Below are positions 9,307 through 17,807 of a stretch of 64,000 nucleotides of DNA, in pieces. Origin of the DNA: an uncultured Bacilli bacterium (GTDB taxonomy: Bacteria > Bacillota_I > Bacilli_A > RF39 > UBA660). The DNA is taken from the NCBI GenBank assembly GCA_934098735.1, contig CAKOOS010000006.1, forward strand, positions 2,712 to 66,711, in the 5' to 3' direction. The position numbers and the translations under genes were made by a program. Within the stretch, counting starts at the first letter, position 1; every line of letters begins with the position of its first letter. The notes under the pieces are model-generated. The model did no database searches and was not told where the DNA came from. It saw only the letters and a program-made list of their open reading frames with translations.

Positions 9307-11094
9307 TTAATAACCTCCACCTGAACCAAATGAATCGAGTTCTTCTTGTGTAAGAACAATTTCAATTTTCATTCTTTTGTTACCACAAACAAAAAGTGCA
9401 TGACCTTGTTCATAATACTTAATCGATTCCTTTTCAGATTCATTTAAATCAATTAATTTAGCTAAATCTTCAACAGCTTGTTTTCTAAGTCCCATAATAA
9501 TGTAATAAGACGCATTATCAAATATAGCTTTACCATGAGTAATAATATTTGGTGCTGCAAAGTCTGTTGGTTGTTGTGTTATTATAATTGTTCCAGTATT
9601 ATATTTTCTGCTTCGTCTTTGAATTTGAGCTAAAAATTCTGCTCCAAGTTCATTATGACCAGCAAGAAGAACATGAGCTTCATCAACCATCATAACAGTA
9701 TTTATATTTTTATCAAGACATAAGCCCCAAGCATATTTTAAAATATTAAAGAATAAAGCATTTTTAATATTTTCATCACTATTCATAAGTTCTTTTATAT
9801 TAAATACTATAAAGTCACTTTCAATAGATAAAGTCGTTTTACCAGTAAAATAATATCTAAGCTCTTTAACTAAAGGTCTAACTTTAAGTTCAAGTCTTTC
9901 CAATACATCACGTTCATGAGTAGCATCAGTCATTCCTATAAGGTGACCTTTTATAGTTGCATAAACATCATCAAATGTTGGGAAATCAGCACTTGTAAGT
10001 TTAGTAAAATCTGTATCATAATCTATTCTAAATCTTTTATAAGTTTCTTGTAATACATCACTAAACATTGTAAGAACATCATCTTCAATACTCGGTGAAT
10101 AATATTTCATAAAAGCTTTAATTTGTTGAATAGTTCTTGTAAGAACAGTATATCCCAAACCTTGTGCTATTTCTTCTTCATCTGCATCTATAACAATTTC
10201 AAGAGGATTAATCATTCCAAATTCTCCACCTTTACCAAGGTCTAAAAAATCTCCTCCCAAAGAATAACACATATCTCCAAGTTCACCTTCAGGGTCAACG
10301 CATACTACCTTAAAACCATTTCTAATATGAGTTCTAAGTAGTATTTTTGCAGCAGTAGATTTACCAGATCCACTCATACCAAGCAAAATAACATTAGCAT
10401 TATTTCTATTATTTTCTTTTTTAATTTGATATAAAAATTGATTAAATAAAATTACTCCGCCAGAAAAGTCTACCCCTAATAAAGTAGCATCACCAGGATC
10501 CTTAATGCTATCAAAAACAAAAGGATACATAGCTGCTATAGTTACAGATGGTATCGGAGTACCAATTCTTTGTTCAATATCTTGTGGAGGAAATATTGGA
10601 AGAATAGACTTTAAAGCTTTTTCTTGTTCAAACATCAAAGAAACAGCTCGCATCCCTAAAGCATCCAAGTAACTTCTCACTTGAATTTTTTTAAGTTCAA
10701 GTTCTTCCTTGTTATTAGCAGTAATCATTAAATGCATTTGAAAATCAAATATTCTTGCTCCTGTTGCAGCAAGCATTTGAATAAATTGTTCAAGAGATTC
10801 ATAATCTTGACGAATTCTCTCTTGCATTGTTTGATCTTTTTCACTTTGGTATCTAACCTTTAAATCTGCTATTTCTTTATTTAACATTTTTTGCAAAACA
10901 CTAAAAGGAATAGGCATGTGTTTAATTGCTATTTTAACACCTTGAATATTAGTCATATCTGACAAAAAGCCAGGAATAATATTTCTAGGAAATGCTATAA
11001 CAGTCATAATTGTAGAATATTTTCCGCCAAGAACAAATTCAGTAGGTTTAAATTCCATTCCTTTTGGTGCTACTTCACTTTTCAATTTACTCAT
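9307..11094 (-). CDS. VirB4-family T4SS ATPase, ATPase body (C-terminal about 3/4)
   Basis: Walker A LGMSGSGKSTAAK, Walker B VMMVDEAH and IIITQQPTDF, as in PrgJ/TcpF/Orf16/ConE-type proteins. Confidence 0.9.
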   Translation of the reverse strand: MSKLKSEVAPKGMEFKPTEFVLGGKYSTIMTVIAFPRNIIPGFLSDMTNIQGVKIAIKHMPIPFSVLQKMLNKEIADLKVRYQSEKDQTMQERIRQDYESLEQFIQMLAATGARIFDFQMHLMITANNKEELELKKIQVRSYLDALGMRAVSLMFEQEKALKSILPIFPPQDIEQRIGTPIPSVTIAAMYPFVFDSIKDPGDATLLGVDFSGGVILFNQFLYQIKKENNRNNANVILLGMSGSGKSTAAKILLRTHIRNGFKVVCVDPEGELGDMCYSLGGDFLDLGKGGEFGMINPLEIVIDADEEEIAQGLGYTVLTRTIQQIKAFMKYYSPSIEDDVLTMFSDVLQETYKRFRIDYDTDFTKLTSADFPTFDDVYATIKGHLIGMTDATHERDVLERLELKVRPLVKELRYYFTGKTTLSIESDFIVFNIKELMNSDENIKNALFFNILKYAWGLCLDKNINTVMMVDEAHVLLAGHNELGAEFLAQIQRRSRKYNTGTIIITQQPTDFAAPNIITHGKAIFDNASYYIIMGLRKQAVEDLAKLIDLNESEKESIKYYEQGHALFVCGNKRMKIEIVLTQEELDSFGSGGGY

Positions 11095-11095
11095 A

Positions 11096-11656
11096 TCACA
11101 TCACCGCCCCAAAGTTAGTTGCCTCTCCATTATTTAAAAAGTTATCAAGAACAATTCTTAAATCATTATTTGAAGTTTGCATTGATTGAAGTCCAGCACT
11201 AGCTAAACCACTTATTAAATTATGCATTTTTTTTTGAACTAACTCTAATCTTTTTTCTTTAAATAAAATATAATATTCAGTATCTACAACGTTATACTCT
11301 GAACTCATAAATAAATTAGCTTTATTTATATCCTGCATAATAAGCTTTCTTTGCGCTTTATTCGTAGCATTATTATACATAAGTTGTAAATGAGATAAAT
11401 ACACGTCTAAATCAACAGGTCTATCTGCAATAAGAAGCCAAAAATCATAATCAATACTATTATAAAAATTACGTAATTGATAAATAGTATTATTTTGACT
11501 TCCTTGATCTAAAATAAATATATTTTTAGGCATAACCTTTACCCCAGTTACATAAGATCCATCATCAAGTTGGATCATACCATTCATTATTTGTCTAATA
11601 GGAAGCCAATCTTCACTATAGCTAACACCTGAAGCATTACTTACTTTCTGACTCAT
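11096..11656 (-). CDS. VirB4 N-terminal domain encoded as a separate ORF
   Basis: Start moved to ATG 11656 (MSQKVSNASG...). SEDWLPIRQIMNGMIQLDDGSYVTGVKVMPKNIFILD resembles the N-terminal domain normally fused to Gram-positive VirB4. The stop at 11096-98 lies 1 nt from the next ATG. Confidence 0.65.
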   Translation of the reverse strand: MSQKVSNASGVSYSEDWLPIRQIMNGMIQLDDGSYVTGVKVMPKNIFILDQGSQNNTIYQLRNFYNSIDYDFWLLIADRPVDLDVYLSHLQLMYNNATNKAQRKLIMQDINKANLFMSSEYNVVDTEYYILFKEKRLELVQKKMHNLISGLASAGLQSMQTSNNDLRIVLDNFLNNGEATNFGAVM

Positions 11657-11954
11657 CTTTAACACACCAACCTTTCCAATAATATCTGCGTGGATTAAAT
11701 ATAAAATTACATACATTTATTATAAATTGTAAAACATTATGATAATACATTACCGGCGTTACTAGAAAACCAGTAATTACAGCCGGCAACAAAATGATTA
11801 TCATTTGAACTGGACTAGCATTTTGAACCACCATTAGTAATATTAATGTTAGTCCACATCCAAAACAAAAAAGTATAATATCAGTTAAGGTAAAAAAACC
11901 TAAAATTAATTGTGACTTTTTTGAATTAGCAGGTATTAAATAATTATTATTCAT
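11637..11954 (-). CDS. TcpE/PrgI-family small membrane protein (VirB3-like)
   Basis: 105 aa with two TM helices, immediately upstream of VirB4, with an RRYYWKGW tail. Confidence 0.6.
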   Translation of the reverse strand: MNNNYLIPANSKKSQLILGFFTLTDIILFCFGCGLTLILLMVVQNASPVQMIIILLPAVITGFLVTPVMYYHNVLQFIINVCNFIFNPRRYYWKGWCVKDESESK

Positions 11955-11978
11955 CCCATTTCATTCCTTTCAAAATTT

Positions 11979-14237
11979 TTATGGCATTCCACCAGGACCA
12001 CCAGGACCTCCAGGACCAGGTCCAAAATCATCAGGGCCGCCAGGGCCAGGACCATGGCCACCACGTGGGCCTCTCATTCTTCCATCTCGACGAGGAACTG
12101 CTTCACCTGGAGCTTTACTTGCTACATCAGAGCTTATCTTATACCTTGTAATTTCAGAAGAATGTTTAGAATATTCCAATTCTTGTTTTTTACGTTTTAA
12201 GTCTGATAACTCGTATTCCTTTTCAATAGCTTGTTGATCAATATCATTTGTATATCTTTCTAGATCATTTAACGAATCAGATACTGTTCCACCTAAATCG
12301 TCAATAGTTTCCCAAAGATTTTCACTATTTAAAATTTGTTCTCTATTTTCAGCACTTAATTGACTTACACCATTTTGGTCAACAAGTACTTGATTTAATG
12401 TACCATTAGATCGAATATTAGCTATTAAACTTTCCATATTAGAATCGTCAGCTCTTTGACCATTTGCAATTTGACGAGCATTATCATTAACATATTTTGC
12501 AACTAATTCTTTTTCATTTGCAGCTAATTTTTGATTAAACGCAGTAATTTGAGCCGAAGTCATATTAGAAGATGAACTTTTCAATTTTTCTTCTAGTGAT
12601 TTTAAGTTACCAGTTTCTACGCGTCTTTCTGTTCGTGTACCCATAATAGCCTTACCATTATTATCACGTAATCCAGTATCATATTCAACTTCAACTTCAT
12701 ATTCAATAGTAGAAATATAATTAGATTTTTTATCCCAAAGTTTATCTTTAGCTCGCTTTTCAATAGCATCCTTTGCATTGTTAAAGTTTTTATTACCTTT
12801 AATTCTATCACTAACATGCTCATCTAGCAACGGTTTTTTAATTAAATCAATTTCTTCATTTTTTTGTGCAATTTGAGAATCTAAAACATGTATATCGCCA
12901 TCTATTTTTCGAACTTCTTGCTCAAACTTAGTATTAAATCCAAAATGTCTACGCAATCTATCCATAATAATTTCACTACGTGAAGCACCATCTTCAATAG
13001 CCTCTTCAACAGCTTTACGATTATTAGCTTCCCGACCAATAACCTTTAAGTCTTTGTTTTTCCATCCATATCGAAAACCACGTATTGCTGCTAGTGGATT
13101 CCCATGAGAAGTTACAAGTGAACCAGCAGCGCCAGCTGCAGCAAAGGCTCCACCCATAGCAAGTTTATCCATTAAACCAAGTTTCATTCCAGCAGTATCA
13201 ATACCAAACATATCTCCAATAATTTTTGGTATTTGTCTTATAAATATAACAACAGCCATAATGAGTAAAGCTGTAATTATGCTTTTAGCACCTGCAGAAC
13301 CACCAAAATCAAGATTTCCATCACCTTTAGCATTTACTATTATTTGAACAAACTTAACACCAAACGCAATAGCCGCCATACGTATAAAGACCTCTACAAA
13401 TAAGCTGATTACTTGCTTTAGCCATTTAGAAAATACATCTTTCATTTTACCACCAGGTATAATTCTACACATAACTGGTATAGGAGCTATTATTTGATAA
13501 AATGCTAATTTAACAACCCTAACTGCTACATCAAAGCAGAAATTTAATAATATATATAAGATAACTATTCCTGCTATAGTTGAAACTGGAAACATATAAG
13601 TTATGCTTTTATCAACTACTTTTTCAGAAAGCGTACTAAACTTAGTAAAAGATTCACCACCTTCTACAGCATCTTTAATATTGTCATAAGAATTCTCAGA
13701 TGAATCTGTATTTTCACCGTCAGATTGATCATTCTCATAAAAGAAAGAAGTAAATGTATAATAAGCAATATCACGTCCTCCATCCTTAATTTCATCAGTG
13801 GAAGAAGAAACATTATTATCATTACCAAGAATAATTTTATAAATAGTACCTTGATTAACTAGAGAATTTTGAATATTAAACGCAACAGAAAATACCGTAG
13901 GTAAAATAGCAATTATTATTAATGAGCTAACAGTATTTCCAATTAATTTTGAAAAGGAAGTTTCTCCTTTTGAAAAATTTTCTGGATTAATAATTGCTTT
14001 AAGAAGAGAATATGCTAAAACAAAAAGCATAATTAAGCCTAAAACAATATATATTCTGCTAACAATATCATTATAACCTTCATTAGTAAACACATTAAGC
14101 TTTACTAAACTATTAAATATTTCTGTTACATAGCAAATTAAATTATAGATTAAACCATCTATCGTTAACAAAAAACCCCACAATGCAGATAAAATAGTAT
14201 CGCCAATAGAAGCCGTAGTTACAAACATACAATTCAC
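11979..14237 (-). CDS. polytopic T4SS channel protein (VirB6/TcpH/PrgH/ConG-like) with a coiled-coil and Gly-Pro tail
   Basis: About 7 TM helices in the first 390 aa, then about 300 aa of charged coiled-coil and a terminal PGPGGPDDFGPGPGGPGGPGGMP. Size and position match VirB6-like proteins of Gram-positive T4SS. Confidence 0.6.
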   Translation of the reverse strand: MNCMFVTTASIGDTILSALWGFLLTIDGLIYNLICYVTEIFNSLVKLNVFTNEGYNDIVSRIYIVLGLIMLFVLAYSLLKAIINPENFSKGETSFSKLIGNTVSSLIIIAILPTVFSVAFNIQNSLVNQGTIYKIILGNDNNVSSSTDEIKDGGRDIAYYTFTSFFYENDQSDGENTDSSENSYDNIKDAVEGGESFTKFSTLSEKVVDKSITYMFPVSTIAGIVILYILLNFCFDVAVRVVKLAFYQIIAPIPVMCRIIPGGKMKDVFSKWLKQVISLFVEVFIRMAAIAFGVKFVQIIVNAKGDGNLDFGGSAGAKSIITALLIMAVVIFIRQIPKIIGDMFGIDTAGMKLGLMDKLAMGGAFAAAGAAGSLVTSHGNPLAAIRGFRYGWKNKDLKVIGREANNRKAVEEAIEDGASRSEIIMDRLRRHFGFNTKFEQEVRKIDGDIHVLDSQIAQKNEEIDLIKKPLLDEHVSDRIKGNKNFNNAKDAIEKRAKDKLWDKKSNYISTIEYEVEVEYDTGLRDNNGKAIMGTRTERRVETGNLKSLEEKLKSSSSNMTSAQITAFNQKLAANEKELVAKYVNDNARQIANGQRADDSNMESLIANIRSNGTLNQVLVDQNGVSQLSAENREQILNSENLWETIDDLGGTVSDSLNDLERYTNDIDQQAIEKEYELSDLKRKKQELEYSKHSSEITRYKISSDVASKAPGEAVPRRDGRMRGPRGGHGPGPGGPDDFGPGPGGPGGPGGMP

Positions 14238-14657
14238 CTACCCAACACAAGGACCATAAGCCCCAAAAAGTTCCATAATGATTTCTACAATCATTGGCAA
14301 GAAAAATAAAATAACACAATAAATAAATCTTTTAATAGCTGTCCCACTAGCTTTTTTTATTGCATCTTTATCATTAGCTATCAAAGCTTTAAAAAAATCC
14401 ATAGTAACAAGTCCCAATAAAGCCACAATAGCTATATATTTCATAACATCCAAAACAAATTGCATCCAGTGAGCTGGTGATGTGACATCATCTGGATCAC
14501 CAAAATAAGTTCTACAATCAGAATTAGTTTCTGCTAAAGTAATACCAAATGCAGTATTTGCTGAATTTAAACTACTTGCATTTGCCTTTACGGTATAAGA
14601 AAAAAGTAACATAAAAAGTAAACTTACAAAAACAAATTTTTTTATTAAAGTATTCAT
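14238..14657 (-). CDS. small secreted/2-TM protein (VirB2/TrbC-like topology)
   Basis: Start moved to ATG 14657 (MNTLIKKFVFVSLLFMLLFSYTVKANA, a signal peptide) with an upstream GGAAGTGA RBS. Two hydrophobic helices follow. It is the first gene of the T4SS operon. The assignment rests on topology only. Confidence 0.45.
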   Translation of the reverse strand: MNTLIKKFVFVSLLFMLLFSYTVKANASSLNSANTAFGITLAETNSDCRTYFGDPDDVTSPAHWMQFVLDVMKYIAIVALLGLVTMDFFKALIANDKDAIKKASGTAIKRFIYCVILFFLPMIVEIIMELFGAYGPCVG

Positions 14658-14695
14658 TAAATCACTTCCATTCATAAAGCAATACTTGCAACTAA

Positions 14696-14724
14696 ATTTT
14701 ATCATATTTGTTTAAAATCGTCAA
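14696..14724 (-). promoter_or_regulatory. sigmaA-type promoter of the T4SS operon
   Basis: On the minus strand: TTGACG (14719-14724), a 17-nt spacer, then TAAAAT (14696-14701), about 35 nt upstream of ATG 14657. Confidence 0.5.
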
Positions 14725-14734
14725 TTTCTTTATA

Positions 14735-14759
14735 TAAAAAAGAAAGCTCCAAAGAGCTT
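14735..14759 (-). terminator. intrinsic terminator after the DUF1292-like gene
   Basis: Stem aagctc/gagctt with a 4-nt loop overlaps stop 14758-60 and is followed by TTTCTTTTTT on the minus strand. Confidence 0.5.
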
Positions 14760-15006
14760 AACTTTCATCATCAAGTTGTAAACTATAATCATCTAATAAT
14801 TTACTTAAAATAACTACATCATTTTCTTCTATAACAGATATATTTTCACCATCAAATTCTTCTTTTAAAACTACATATTTTTCAGTTGGTTCTTCTCTTT
14901 CATTAAGTAAAACTGCCAAAAAATATTTATTATCATTTAAAACGGCATCTAAAAGTAATCCATAACTATTTTTATTAGATAGTGTAATCATTTCTCCAAC
15001 TGTCAT
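14758..15006 (-). CDS. small acidic protein, DUF1292-like (tentative)
   Basis: 82 aa. The ITL..., KYFLAVLL, acidic linker, VVLKEE, acidic C-terminus pattern resembles YrzB/DUF1292 proteins. Confidence 0.4.
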   Translation of the reverse strand: MTVGEMITLSNKNSYGLLLDAVLNDNKYFLAVLLNEREEPTEKYVVLKEEFDGENISVIEENDVVILSKLLDDYSLQLDDES

Positions 15007-15010
15007 TTTT

Positions 15011-16462
15011 TCACCTACTTATTGACTTTTCATCATATTTATTTTTTATATCTATAATACTCTTTTCTTTATTTATTTTATTAATCAATTTTCTTTTTTC
15101 TCTATCAGTAAGTTCATAATTTTGATCAATACTTATTTTCATTACATCCAAAGCATCTTTATTTAAATTGTTTTTTTCTTCTTCTATTAATTTTAAATAA
15201 TTAATATAAGGCTTGCTTTTTTCTTTACTAAGAAGACCAAAAGAACTTAAAATTGCCCCTCCTGCTGCTAAAGATGCAACAGTATGAGAAAGTGCACTTA
15301 CTTTAGCCATTTCATTTGCGGCCAAATTTGAAGCACTTTGAGCAAATTGCTGTAAGCTTGCACTTCCAACATTCCAAATTCCAGATGCCGGATTATAACT
15401 TAGACTTGTTCCAGAAATACTTTTAATAGCTCCAGCTAAAGCAGTATTAGCACTATGAAGTGCTGCTTGTTCAGAAGCAATAGAATTTTGCCACATAGAA
15501 CTATTATTCAACATCGAATTTGCTAAATTTGAAACAGATGTAGCCTTTGCAGCTTGACTTAATAAAGAACTTAGTTCTGTTGACCCTAAAGCAACCGCAA
15601 CACCAATAGCAGCAACACCAGTTGCTATTAGTATTTTCTTTTTATTTTTCTTTATCCATTGCCATGGTTTTTTCTCAACAACTTCATGTTTTTGATTAGG
15701 TTCCTGATTCTTTTCTAAAGGTTTCAAAACTTCTTCTGGTTCATTTATTTCTTCTTTTTTTACATCATCTTTTTCTTCTAAATTTATAGGTTCTAAAATC
15801 TCTTCTGGCTTAGGATTTTCCAAATTTTTATTTATACTTGCATCTTCTATATCTTCTAAAGGCTCTAAAGGTTCTAAAATCTCTTCTGGCTTAGGATTTT
15901 CCAGATTTTTATTTATATTTGAATCTACTATATCTTCTAAAGGCTCTAAAGGTTCTGGATCTAAAAAATCAACATCATCACTAAACTCTGGTAAAATTGT
16001 AATTTCTGGTTCCTCTAAATCTTCTACATGATTATCATCATTTACTGATATAGTATTATAGCTACTATTATTATTTACAGTTAAAATGCTAGTTCTTATT
16101 TCATCTTGCATTTCATCAGACAAATATTCTCTACTATCTTTAATTTCTTTTCTTCTTCGTTCAATTTCTTCATTTATTTCATTTTCTTCATGCTTATCAC
16201 GTGCTTTAATATCTTGAAGTCTTTGAAGTTTATCTAAATTTTCTTTCATATTGTTATAAGCCTTAATTGTTTTTTGTAAGTCATTTAACTTTTCTGTATT
16301 TTCTTCAATAAACTTTACATCTTTAGGTTTATAATAATTATATTCAATTTCAGATACATCATTTTTATTAAAAGCAAGTTCCAATTCTTGTAAGTCTTTT
16401 TTTGCCCTGGTTAAATCTTCTATTAATTTTTTTTCATTCTCTTTTAAATTGTCTATAATCAT
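15011..16462 (-). CDS. coiled-coil / acidic-repeat membrane protein
   Basis: N-terminal heptad-rich charged region, two 27-aa repeats (ILEPLEPLEDIxDxxINKNLENPKPEE), one TM (ILIATGVAAIGVAVALG), a Ser/Ala-rich segment and a second hydrophobic stretch. Confidence 0.6.
   Translation of the reverse strand: MIIDNLKENEKKLIEDLTRAKKDLQELELAFNKNDVSEIEYNYYKPKDVKFIEENTEKLNDLQKTIKAYNNMKENLDKLQRLQDIKARDKHEENEINEEIERRRKEIKDSREYLSDEMQDEIRTSILTVNNNSSYNTISVNDDNHVEDLEEPEITILPEFSDDVDFLDPEPLEPLEDIVDSNINKNLENPKPEEILEPLEPLEDIEDASINKNLENPKPEEILEPINLEEKDDVKKEEINEPEEVLKPLEKNQEPNQKHEVVEKKPWQWIKKNKKKILIATGVAAIGVAVALGSTELSSLLSQAAKATSVSNLANSMLNNSSMWQNSIASEQAALHSANTALAGAIKSISGTSLSYNPASGIWNVGSASLQQFAQSASNLAANEMAKVSALSHTVASLAAGGAILSSFGLLSKEKSKPYINYLKLIEEEKNNLNKDALDVMKISIDQNYELTDREKRKLINKINKEKSIIDIKNKYDEKSISR
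15789..15960. repeat. 81-bp tandem repeat, about 2.1 copies, in frame within the coiled-coil protein gene
   Basis: ggttctaaaatctcttctggcttaggattttcca... recurs at 15789 and 15870 with a few substitutions. A partial third copy starts at 15951. Confidence 0.8.
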
Positions 16463-16544
16463 TTAAGCCACCTCTTACTATAATTTATCATATTTTATAA
16501 CCAAAAACAATAATAGATTCATTTTAAATGTCAAATAAAAAAAA

Positions 16545-17807
16545 CTATTTTTTTAGTTTTTTTAATAGTTTATATCCTTTTAAAGCAATATTGTATCCTA
16601 CATAAATGAAGGGATTAATAACATAATCAAATTCCCCGATTAATTCTATTATCTCGGGATTAAATCCTTTTTTTATTTCATATATTCCATAATAAGGTCC
16701 ATTCTTATCCATATTTCCAGAAATTCCATAAAAGTTAACATACTTTTTATTATATTTAATAGCATCTTTAATATGCTCATTATAAAAAGCATACTTAGGG
16801 TTAAATTCTTTATAAATACTATTAGTACCACTCATAAATGTAATAGCTTCATCTCCAATAAATATTGACATTAAAGCTCCTATATTAATTTCTTTATTAC
16901 TTTTTCTTAAGCTCTCAGCTTCTTCTAACTTTTTATTTAATTTATCAATCTTATTTTCTAATTCTAAATGATGTTTTTTAATTTTTTCTCCAATATTAAT
17001 TTTTTTCATTTGATTATTTAAATTTTCCAATTCTTTTTTAGCATTATCCAAGGAATTCCAAATATAACTATAATAAAGATTAGTATCAATATAAGCAAGA
17101 TATAAAGTAGTATAATCTTTCATTAAGGAAAATTGTCTTTTATAGTAACTAGAAGGTCTTACAATAAAATTCTTCATGCTGGCAGTATCTTGTAATAATT
17201 TAGTAAAAACTTCTATTTCATTTTCATCTATTTTTTTTACTCTTACACCCATATCAATAGTTTTCATAATATTTTTTTTAGTACTTTTAGTAAAAGTATC
17301 TAATGTATCATTATAAGTATCTTTTAGTTTAATACGGCATAACACCCTCGGTTGCAAACTTTCAAAATTTTCTGTAAAACCTAAATGTTTAAAACCTAAT
17401 TTTTTAAAATTAAAGTATACATCTTTTCCACATTCATTAATTTTGTTACCTTCAGAATCTCTGGTAGCATAAATAACATTTGGATCTATCTTCAACATAA
17501 ATCCATGACACTTTTTTATATAATCAATAACTTGTTTATTAAACTCTTTTAAAAGATTAAAATTATATACATCCAATAAATATCCACGAGGACTATAAAA
17601 TAAACTTTGATTTAATGGAAGTTTTTTTTCTAAAAGCATTGTAACTGCAACTAACTTATTATTTTCATAACCTCCTAATAAATGGCTATTCCAACCAGTT
17701 GATTCTTTTAATATTCCCCACTGTGGTAATTGGTAAATTGAAATATAAGGAGATTTTAAAGCATAGTTAGTATAAGAATCTTTATCAATAATCTTAACTT
17801 CCATCAT
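16545..17807 (-). CDS. FemABX-family peptidoglycan interpeptide-bridge aminoacyltransferase
   Basis: SIYQLPQWG...SPRGYLLD, an internal coiled-coil insert (KKELENLNNQMKK...LNKKLEEAE) and FYGISG...GIYEIKKGF. Confidence 0.85.
   Translation of the reverse strand: MMEVKIIDKDSYTNYALKSPYISIYQLPQWGILKESTGWNSHLLGGYENNKLVAVTMLLEKKLPLNQSLFYSPRGYLLDVYNFNLLKEFNKQVIDYIKKCHGFMLKIDPNVIYATRDSEGNKINECGKDVYFNFKKLGFKHLGFTENFESLQPRVLCRIKLKDTYNDTLDTFTKSTKKNIMKTIDMGVRVKKIDENEIEVFTKLLQDTASMKNFIVRPSSYYKRQFSLMKDYTTLYLAYIDTNLYYSYIWNSLDNAKKELENLNNQMKKINIGEKIKKHHLELENKIDKLNKKLEEAESLRKSNKEINIGALMSIFIGDEAITFMSGTNSIYKEFNPKYAFYNEHIKDAIKYNKKYVNFYGISGNMDKNGPYYGIYEIKKGFNPEIIELIGEFDYVINPFIYVGYNIALKGYKLLKKLKK

Noticed and set aside
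11090-11100. TGA between the two VirB4 pieces read as Trp (genetic code 4, Mollicutes-like), which would fuse them.
   Set aside because: The two ORFs are in different frames, so read-through cannot join them. All ribosomal protein genes read cleanly under code 11, and the tRNA-Trp present has anticodon CCA.
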